The notes beneath the pieces are model-generated. The model was not told the origin of the DNA and did not search any database. It saw only the letters and a program-made list of their open reading frames with translations. The translations under genes and the position numbers were made by a program. Of a DNA stretch of 60,000 bases, positions 50,759 to 60,000 are shown one piece after another. Positions within the stretch are counted from its first letter, which is position 1. Each line of letters starts with the position of its first letter. This stretch comes from Lytechinus pictus (taxonomy: Eukaryota). The stretch covers positions 7,814,001 to 7,874,000 of the forward strand of contig NC_087249.1 in NCBI RefSeq assembly GCF_037042905.1, written 5' to 3'.

Positions 50759-53700
50759 TGTCAAATTTTTTGGCGGCCGATTTTGCCCCCCCTGTGAAAA
50801 ATCCTAGGTACGCCACTGATCACCATCATCATCATCATTCATCATTCATCATCATCAACATCATGAACGTTCAACACCATCATGATCATCACCATCATCA
50901 CCATCATCGTCATCACCAATCATCATTGACATCATGATCATCATCGCCATCACTAATCATCATCATATCACCATCACCATATCATCATTCAACATCATCA
51001 ATCATTCATCATTATGCACCATCATCATAATCGCAAAGGCACCATCATCATCGTTCTAAATCACCATCATTATCATCATCATATATAACCATCATCATCG
51101 TCATCGGCACATCATCATCCTCATCATATCATAACTATCATCATCATCACCACCATCATCGCCATCATCATCATCATTATGAACGTATACCACTAGTACT
51201 ACCACCACCACCACCATCACCATCAACGTTCATCACCCATTCATGATGATCATCATCATCATGAACATTCACCACCACTACTATCATCATCGTCATCATA
51301 TCATCATCGTTCATCACCACCATCAATCAATCATTCATCATCATCATGACCACCGCCATCATCATCATCATCATCATCCCCATCACCATCATCATGGCAT
51401 CATCATCATCCTCAACACTTGCAATCATCATCGTCATCACCATAATTATCATCATCTTCATCATCATGAGCGTTCACCATCATCATTATCGTTCATCATC
51501 ATAAACGTCATCATCATCATCACCCTCACCGTCATCCATTCATGATCATCATCATCTTGAACGTTCACCACATCATCATCATCATAATCATCTTCATCAC
51601 CATCATTTTCATCATCATCCTCATCACTGGCAATCATCATCATCATCATCATCGTCATTACCATAATTATCATCATCATCGTCATCATCATCAATATCAT
51701 CACCATCTTCATCATGAGCATTCACCACCACCATCATCATCATCGTTCATCATCATCATCACCGTATCACCCTCATCCATTCATGATCATCATCATCATC
51801 ATGAACATTCACCACCACTATCATCATCATTCATCATATCATTCATCATCATCGTTCATCAATATCATCATCACCACCATCATCGCCATCATCCATTCAT
51901 CAGCATCCCCATCATCTCCATCATCATCATATCATCACCATCATCATCATCATCATCATTCATTATATCATTCATCATCATCATCATGAACGTTCACCAC
52001 CACCACTTCCACTATCATCATCATTATCATCATTCATCATATCATTCATCATCATCATCATCATAGTCGTTCATCATATCATTCATGATTAGCATCATCA
52101 CCACCATCATCGCCATCATCCATTCATCATCATCATCATCATCATGAACGTTCACCACCACTTCTATCATCATCATCATCATATCATCATCGTTCATCAC
52201 CATCATCATTCATCATCATAACGATCACCACCATCATCATCATCACCATTATCATCATCATAACCATCATCATAATCATCCCCTTCACCATCATTTTAAT
52301 CATCACCGTCATCATCATCATCCTCAACACTTGCAATCATCATCGTCATCACCATCATTATCATCATCACCATCATCATCATGAGCGTTCACCACCACCA
52401 TCATCATCATCGTTCATCATCATCATCATCACCCTCACCGTCATCCATTCATGATCATCATCATGATGAACGTTCACCACATATCATCATCATCATAATA
52501 ATCATCCCCGTCACCATCATCATCATCATCCTCATCACTGGCAATCATCATCGTCATTACCATATTTATCATCATCATCATCATCGCCATCATCATCATC
52601 ATCATCACCATCTTCATCATGAGCGTTCACCACCACCATCATCATCATCATGAGCGTTCACCACCACCATCATCATCATCATCATTCATCATATCATTCA
52701 TCATCGTCGTTTATCATATCATTCATCATTATCATCATCACCACCACCATCGCCATCATCCATTCATCAGCATCATCAGCATCATCTCCATCATCATCAT
52801 CAATATCATCATTATCATCAACATCATCATCATCACCATCATCATAATCATCATTCATTATATCATTCATCATCATCATCATTCATCATATCATTCTTCA
52901 TCATCACCATCATCGTTCATCATATCATTCATCATCGTCGTCATCATCATCATCATGAACGTTCACCACCATCACTACCACTATCATCATCACCATCATC
53001 ATCATCATCATTCATCATATCATTCATCATCATCATCATCGTTCATCATATCATTCATGATTATCATCATCACCACCATCATCGCTATCATCCACTCATC
53101 ATCACCATCATCATCATCATCACCATCATCATCATCACCATCATCATTCATCATATCATTCATCATCATCATCGTTCATCATCAACATCACCATCATCAT
53201 CGTCATCATCATCATCGTTCATCATCATCATCACCATCATCATCACCATCATCATCATCATCATTCATCATATCATTCATCACCATCATCATCGTTCATC
53301 ATCATCATCGTTCATCATCATCATCATCACCATTATCATCGTCATCATCATCATCGTTCATCATCATCACCATCATCATCATCACCATCATCATCATCAT
53401 CGTTCATCCATTCATCAGCATCATCTCCATCATCATCATCATTATCATCATTATCATCAACACCATCATCATAATCATCATTCATTATATCATTCATCAT
53501 CATCATTCATCATATCATTCTTCATCATCACCATCATCGTTCATCATATCATTCATCATCACCATCATCATCATCATCATTCATCATATCATTCATCACC
53601 ATCATCATCGTTCATCATCATCATCGTTCATCATCATCATCATCACCATTATCATCGTCATCATCATCATCGTTCATCATCATCACCATCATCATCATCA

Positions 53701-54138
53701 CCATCATCATCATCATCGTTCATCCATTCATCAGCATCATCTCCATCATCATCATCATTATCATCATTATCATCAACACCATCATCATAATCATCATTCA
53801 TTATATCATTCATCATCATCATTCATCATATCATTCTTCATCATCACCATCATCGTTCATCATATCATTCATCATCACCATCATCATCATCATCATTCAT
53901 CATATCATTCATCATCATCGTTCATCATATCATTCATGATTATCATCATCACCACCATAATCGCTATCATCCATTCATCATCACCATCATCATCATCATC
54001 ATCACCATCATCATCATCATATCATTCATCATCATCATCACCATCATCATCATCATCGTTCATCATCACCATCATCATCATCATCATCATCGTTCATCAT
54101 CATCACCATCATCATCATCACCATCATCATCATCATCG

Positions 54139-54170
<32 letters not shown>

Positions 54171-54640
54171 TCATCATATCATTCATCACCATCATCATCG
54201 TTCATCATCATCATCACCATCATCATCATTATCATCATCGCCATCATCATCATCATCACCATCATCATCACCATCATCATCACCATCATCGTTCATCATC
54301 ACCATCATCATCATCATCACCACCATCATCATCATATCACCATCATCATCACCACCATCATCATCATCGTTCATCATCATCACCATCATCACCATCATCA
54401 TTCATCATATCATTCATCACCATCATCATCATCATCATCGTTCATCATCATCATCATCATCACCATCATCGTCATCATCATCACCATCATCACCATCATC
54501 ATCATCATCATCATCACCATCACCATCATCACCATCATCACCATCATCGTTCATCATCACCATCATCATCACCATCATCATATCACCATCATCATCATCA
54601 TCACCACCATCATCATCATCACCACCATCATCGCCATCAC
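50425..54640. repeat. Degenerate (CAT)n trinucleotide array with higher-order units
   Basis: About 4.2 kb of CAT/CAC/CGT/CATT variants, with recurring catga(a/g)cgttcaccacca landmarks. Confidence 0.97.
50461..50818. mobile_element. hAT-type MITE inserted in the CAT array
   Basis: TIRs CACTAGCGTACCTACG / CCTAGGTACGCCACTG. 8-bp TSD ATCACCAT at 50453-50460 and 50819-50826. Internal gagcttgaagacc-polyT repeats. Confidence 0.85.
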
Positions 54641-55279
54641 TACCTTCCCTTTGTTTGTCAACGTGAAATAAATTGCTCTCAGTTTTCAAAGTACCTATTG
54701 CATGTCATTCAACCAACTTGTTATATGCTCGCTTGACCTACCCCTGCTCCTTTTTTAAAATTGTATTTATAGCTTTTTATTTGATAGTAACTTCAATTCT
54801 CGACATAAACAAAATGATATACATTATAGCGAATTAAATATCATCTCTTTGTAGATACATTGACAACTCATATTCTACAGATTATCCATTGTCTGTTCCT
54901 TCTTTTTGGAAGCACGAATATATCAAATGTTGTTGTTGTTCTTAACTTGCCTCTTATTTCATTTTGGTACTTAATAACAACAGTCTATGACAGAATATAG
55001 GGAAAATGGAAATGATAAAATAATAACATGAAGAATATCTTGACTAGAGAAATATAAAATACAAAAAGACAAAAACAATAATAGAATAGAAATTGTGGGA
55101 CGCAGGCCATGGTACGTGCATTTATTGAGTTTGGGATCTATACTATTGCACTCTCCTCTCTATTGCTGGAGCATCCAATTGTCGACTATTCCACTAGCTG
55201 GCTCTTGCTAGAGCGTGTATTGGTCGACTATTGAATTATTCCACTGATGGATCACTTGCTGGAGCGTGCAATAATCGAA

Positions 55280-56170
55280 TAATAATAATAGAACAGTTTT
55301 TTTTTTATAGCGCATGAACCTTACAAAGGTCTCAATGCGCGATAGGAAAAAGAAGAAAAGATGTGGGATAGCTGCTTATAATGCTTTGATGATATTATCA
55401 TCAGTTAAATAAATACGTTTTCAATGCAGATTTAAATTGCCCAATTGTATCAACTTGCCTTAAATTTTGTGGGATACTATTCCATAGTTCCGGCGCTGCG
55501 TGTGCAAACCCCCGTTCGCCATAAAACTTTGTCTTAACAACAGGTACATTAGATAAGACCTTCTGAAGTGATCTAAGATTTTGAACAGGTCCATATTTTA
55601 CAAGTAACTCAAACAGATAAGATGGAGCTATTTGTCAAAAACACTGAAATGAGAGTAGTAAGATCTTGAACTTCGTATGTGACCTGACCGGCAACCAATG
55701 CAAGGATCTTGGGATCTTAATACAGATACACATTCATATTTTTTTGTTCTGGTAACAATCCTAGCAGCCGAGTTTTGAATGACCTGAAGTTTCTGGAGTT
55801 GATTGTCTGGTACTCCATACAATAGACTATTGCAATAGTCTAATAAAGTGGCACATGAGAAATGCATGCACCAACCTTTCAGAGGGATCTCTATCAATAT
55901 TTGGTAGAATTTTCCCAATCTTATGCAATGCATATGACGCAGATCGACATTTAGAATTGATGCAATTTTGCATAGTAAACTGATCATCAAATAGGTCACC
56001 GAGATTTATTGATGTCTTAACAGGAACAACCTCTACACCCTAAATTTCAAAAGGGCGCAAACAAAGGTACATGGGGTCAAAATCGAGATTTTATATGCAT
56101 AACCTCTGTTTTTATACTATTCAACTTTAGGCCATTCAAGTTTGACCACTCTTTAATTTCCTTGATACAC
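55280..56170 (-). mobile_element. L2-clade LINE 3' fragment (decayed ORF2)
   Basis: LDYCNSLLYGVPDNQLQKLQVIQNSAARIVTRTKK is the typical L2/CR1 post-RT motif. Frameshifts are present, and the 3' tail ends in a TAA-type repeat. Confidence 0.85.
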
Positions 56171-56560
56171 TCTGCACTCTTGGAATGAAATCTTCTCTAT
56201 CCGATGACTGTACATGTCATAAACATCTGAATATTGCACGGGTCCCATGTCTTGGCGTGCTATAGCTGTTTCCTCTGAATGTCATACCGGGATGTCACAA
56301 TACGCGCGTTCACCCAATCAGCTGCATGACAATAATCTGTCTATGTGTTTTTGAGAGCTATTGGATCGTTCTAACTACGCAGAAGTATCTATTCATCTTA
56401 GGATGAGATTTTAAAATGATAAGATTGAAAGAGAGGGTGTCATCATGGTCATGGTTGTCATAAAGAGTTATGTTGCGCGTGGCAATGCAAGAACTGCAAT
56501 ATCGGTCAAAGTAATGAAATGCCCTAGAGCGATGTCACCTTATGGCTTGTTCAATATTGG

Positions 56561-57379
56561 TTAGCTGCGTTTGATACTGTCAGGAGTGTCATAACCAAAC
56601 AGAAGAGCATCTCTAGCAAGACCCTGGCTGAATGAAAGATCTTTGTACTCCCCACCAGCCAATTGTGAATAGAAGGTCTGAAGGGTGTCTTCTTGAGAGC
56701 TGTTAGTCTGATGTTGTCTGTGCTCCTCTGGAAAGGACACCCCTATGTCCAGTAGGTTCATTAGATAACCCGAGTCCTCTTTGAGCGTCTCCAGGTGGCC
56801 AATGAAATCGTAGTTGATCATGCAAGGATGGCATAGCTCAATCATGTCCTCCCAGTGGACATTTTTAACTGTTGACTTTGTATAGTAGTTAACAAATTGC
56901 TTGAATGTAAAGTGCTTAGAAGAATTCATGCGTTTCAATTCCTTTGGGTCGTGAAGTTTATACCATTTCAAGACCTCATGTCGGAACTTCGATTCCCCTT
57001 CAGAGAGAATTTTATTCTTATACGCTGAGAGAATCCTGGCATATGGATTTCGAACGAAAAAGAACGTTGTGTATGTCCTTAAGATCCTCCTTGCATCCCA
57101 CGGAGGGAAGGATGCTAGGTTTGGAAACACTCGTTTGCTTTTTTTATGAGGTTGAGATGAATCTTCGTTGACGGCAGTCAGGAGAAGTCGTAGCCATGAT
57201 GTCGACGCCACTTTGGGTATTGGGCAGTAGATGACTTTAAGCTCAGGTATCACAAGGACTCGGGAGAACTTCCTCAGAGTAGCACGATCAAGTTTCTTGT
57301 TGACGAAACGTTGGCTGTATCCCAAGGCAGCACAACCCTGCTTCAAATGCTCTTTTCTGTGCTCTTGAATGTGCTGAAC
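56561..57379 (-). CDS. Carbohydrate sulfotransferase (CHST11/CHST8-14, HNK-1ST family), terminal catalytic exon
   Basis: Intact frame VQHIQEHRKEHLKQGC...; 5'-PSB YCPIPKVASTSW, 3'-PB FVRNPYARILSAY, HW and LCHPCMINYDFIGHLETL motifs. Phase-0 acceptor cag at 57380-57382 and stop TAA at 56561-56563. Confidence 0.93.
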   Translation of the reverse strand, partial: VQHIQEHRKEHLKQGCAALGYSQRFVNKKLDRATLRKFSRVLVIPELKVIYCPIPKVASTSWLRLLLTAVNEDSSQPHKKSKRVFPNLASFPPWDARRILRTYTTFFFVRNPYARILSAYKNKILSEGESKFRHEVLKWYKLHDPKELKRMNSSKHFTFKQFVNYYTKSTVKNVHWEDMIELCHPCMINYDFIGHLETLKEDSGYLMNLLDIGVSFPEEHRQHQTNSSQEDTLQTFYSQLAGGEYKDLSFSQGLARDALLFGYDTPDSIKRS

Positions 57380-58104
57380 CTGGGACCACGTCAGATCGTC
57401 AAATTGGAAAAGGAAAGAAAATAATTTAAAAAAAATAGATATGATTTCGACCCTAAACTCGTTATGATCATAAAGTTGTTTTCTGGAAGAGGGGTGATTT
57501 TCATGGAGGCTCCCCTATCCTCAACGTAATACGACATTCCCTACCAAATGTTGAACATTATCATAATTATTTTTAGATTTTGATTGTTTTTGGTTGGAAT
57601 GCTTCAGAGGGAGTGGAAAATGTTCACCGCTGGCAATGTTTTGACTCTGTTCTAGATTATGGGAAAACCGGCAATGTCAAATTATTGTAATCATCGCTAT
57701 GTTGTCATGTGCACTGTGCTAATCATGCCACATTGGCGAAGGAAACTGAATCAGTCATTATTCCCAGACAGTTATTATAAACGGCCTGAGCAAGAGATGA
57801 GCTTATATTCCTGTCCTTTTAAAGAAACGTGTTACAGTTGGCTATCCATAGTTAAATGATCTTAAATCACCGACTTTGGTCCAGCTGCGTTTACAATAAA
57901 CCCGAGTTGGGAATAAGGATCAGTTGGTCTGAAAATATTGATCGAGGCTACTTCTCCAAAGTGCCAGGGGATAAACCTGAATCTTTGAACATGCTGAAAC
58001 AAGTGTCTGAACCCACTTAGAAGTTGTGTAAACGAATAATCAGCTCAAATTGCAATCATAAAAAATCAATGTTCAAACATTCAATACTCGTTTATCATTG
58101 ATAA

Positions 58105-58480
58105 ATAATATTAATAACAACAACAACAATGATAATAATCCGTTTTTATATAGCGCTTAATACATCGAACGACGCGTCTAAGCGCTTAATAGATATACCC
58201 CCGGTCATCGGATTCAACCAGCCATTCCCGCACACAATCATGTATGCACATCCTCCACTCCCTGGGGAGTATTCCAGTCAGTCGCCGTTGGGGCGCACAT
58301 GGCACTGGAAAAGCTACAATGACTTTCACATCCTACCAGGTACCCATGTAGCCCCTGGGTCGAGAATGGCAAAGTATTGAGTAATGCCTTGCCAAAGGAC
58401 GCTAGACCTTGGTGGAATTCGAACACACAACCCTCTGTTTACAAGGCGAGAGTCAGAACCAATACATACGGCTCTTCCCC
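58105..58480 (-). mobile_element. tRNA-derived SINE (reverse orientation) in the sulfotransferase intron
   Basis: The minus strand has a B-box-like gttcgaattcc, then gtcctttggcaaggcatt, and a 3' end aagcgctatataaaa followed by a (TTA/TTG)n tail. Confidence 0.7.
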
Positions 58481-58497
58481 ATTGATTTGGGGGCCTG

Positions 58498-58666
58498 GCG
58501 GGTGTTTCATAAAGCTGTTCTTAAGTTAAGAGCGACTTTAAGAACGACTGGTGAACCCTTATACGCGCTAAACAATCGCCAAGTCAATACCATTTACCAC
58601 AAGAAAGGATCACCAGTCGTTCTTAAAGTCGCTCTTAACTTACGAACAGCTTTATGAAACACCCAC
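58498..58666. mobile_element. Harbinger-like MITE, CTG TSD
   Basis: CTG-GCGGGTGTTTCATAAAGCTGTTC..AAGTTAAGAGCGACTTTAAGAACGACTGGTGA with a matching inverted arm ending CACCCAC-CTG. Confidence 0.85.
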
Positions 58667-58768
58667 CTGATATAGATCTTTCCCTTACGCTCACTTATCT
58701 AATAATCCTATTTTTCTGACTTTAATGAGACCGATTAATGAAATCTTTGGACCTAGAAGCGTACTCAC

Positions 58769-58836
58769 ATTCTCAACTTGGTTCGCCATCTCATCCTGTC
58801 CATGTCCTAGTGAACCTCGATACAGTTCCAGCCAAA
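58769..58836 (-). CDS. Internal (stem-region) exon of the carbohydrate sulfotransferase
   Basis: Acceptor atttcctccag and donor gtgagt. The 68 nt encode xWLELYRGSLGHGQDEMANQVEN and end in phase 0, matching the next exon. Confidence 0.7.
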
Positions 58837-58959
58837 CTGGAGGAAATATAATTTTCAAACTGAAATTAGGCTTCATCTTTGTAACAACAACACCATCAAG
58901 TAATGATGATAATAAATATAATAATAATAATAATAATTAGCAATAATAATTAGCAATTA

Positions 58960-59647
58960 GAACAAATTACCGAAGAGCCAAAGTTGAAAAGTATGTAGAA
59001 TGTGTCATGAAAAAACGAAACGGTAACTCATCTGGTGAGTGAATGCAGCAAAATGGCACCGACTGAGTACAAAGGAAGGCACGACAGAGTAGCAGCTGCA
59101 GTTCACTACGGTCTGGCCAAGAAGTACCATTTACCCCATACAGAAAAATGGTACGAACATCGGGCAGATCCTGTAGTAAAGAACGATAATGTAAAACTCT
59201 TATGGGATCTTAATATCCAGACGGACAAGGTCATTGAAGCTAGACGACCAGACATCGTTCTCGAAGAAGGAGAAGGAATGTCTCATCGTATATATTGCGA
59301 TTCCAGGAGACTGCAGAGCTTGGCGTAAAGAGGAGGAAAAGATACAAAGTATAACGACCTGGCATGGGAGCTGAGAAGGATATGGAAGGTGAAGACGAAG
59401 GTAGTACCAATAGTCATCGGAGCCTTAGGAACTGTTCTAGGAGTCGAGGTGTCCTTTGAAACGATACAGAAGGCAAGCTTACTTGGTACAGCTCATATCC
59501 TACGGAAGGTCTTGAATTAGAAAGAGAAGTGAACAATGAGAAGAGGACCCATTTGATAGAATATAGAACAATAACCCTAGATTTCTGAAAGAAGTCCGGT
59601 TGCTGTTTATAATATACCAACAGAACATCAAGTTGTAGACAAGGGAA
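58960..59647 (+). mobile_element. 5'-truncated R4/Dong-like RLE non-LTR retrotransposon
   Basis: CCHC knuckle (CRMC..ETVTHLVSEC), RHD, LLWD..IQTD..ARRPDIV endonuclease motifs and the C-terminus IQKASLLGTAHILRKVLN*. Flanked on both sides by (TAA)n. Confidence 0.85.
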
Positions 59648-60000
59648 ATAATAATAATAATAATCATAATTGTAATAATATATTACTACTACTACTACTA
59701 CTAATAATAATAATAATAAAATATTAGGGCATTTACTACTGGTGTTTCTAAGCGCACCACTTTCTGTGTATAATCAATACTTGGGGATAAACGGAAATGT
59801 CCAAGAAGAAAAAGAAGGGAAAGAAGAGAATTATGAAACACTTAATCCTCATACATGTAACCAATGATCTGATATTTACTCACATAATTACTGATAGACT
59901 TACCCAAATGCCCTCGTTTAAAAACTTCATAAGATATGGAAGTTGGAACAATAAAAAAAAAATATATAGGGCTACATCTTTAGAATTATAGTAAAAATTC

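Noticed and set aside
52619..54736. 705-aa His/Ile/Ser-rich ORF and neighbouring His-rich or Asp/Met-rich ORFs
   Set aside because: These are translations of a (CAT)n array that naturally lacks stops. The residue runs switch with slippage indels, and there is no gene structure.

Overview
AT-rich, repeat-dense eukaryotic (metazoan) genomic DNA. The repeat landscape is reminiscent of an invertebrate deuterostome such as a sea urchin; that is inference only. The one well-supported host protein-coding gene is a minus-strand carbohydrate sulfotransferase (CHST11/HNK-1ST-like, Sulfotransfer_2 family), with two exons at 58769-58836 and 56561-57379 and its 5' exon(s) beyond the window. Most of the rest is transposon-derived. 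It includes a 4.55-kb piggyBac-ended non-coding element (2707-7260) and a 13.2-kb PIF/Harbinger element (17903-31111). The latter carries a decayed, intron-containing transposase and a nested 4.9-kb TIR element, and lies between near-identical ~230-bp flanking copies. There are also many MITEs (Kolobok-like TTAA, Harbinger-like CWG, hAT, TA-flanked), tRNA-derived SINEs, L2 LINE fragments and a Dong/R4-like RLE retrotransposon in a (TAA)n tract. A near-perfect 2050-bp tandem duplication (46085-50184) contains what looks like a head-to-head promoter/first-exon pair, and a 4.2-kb degenerate (CAT)n array follows. Most ORF-track entries are spurious. No rRNA, bona fide tRNA or CRISPR array was seen.
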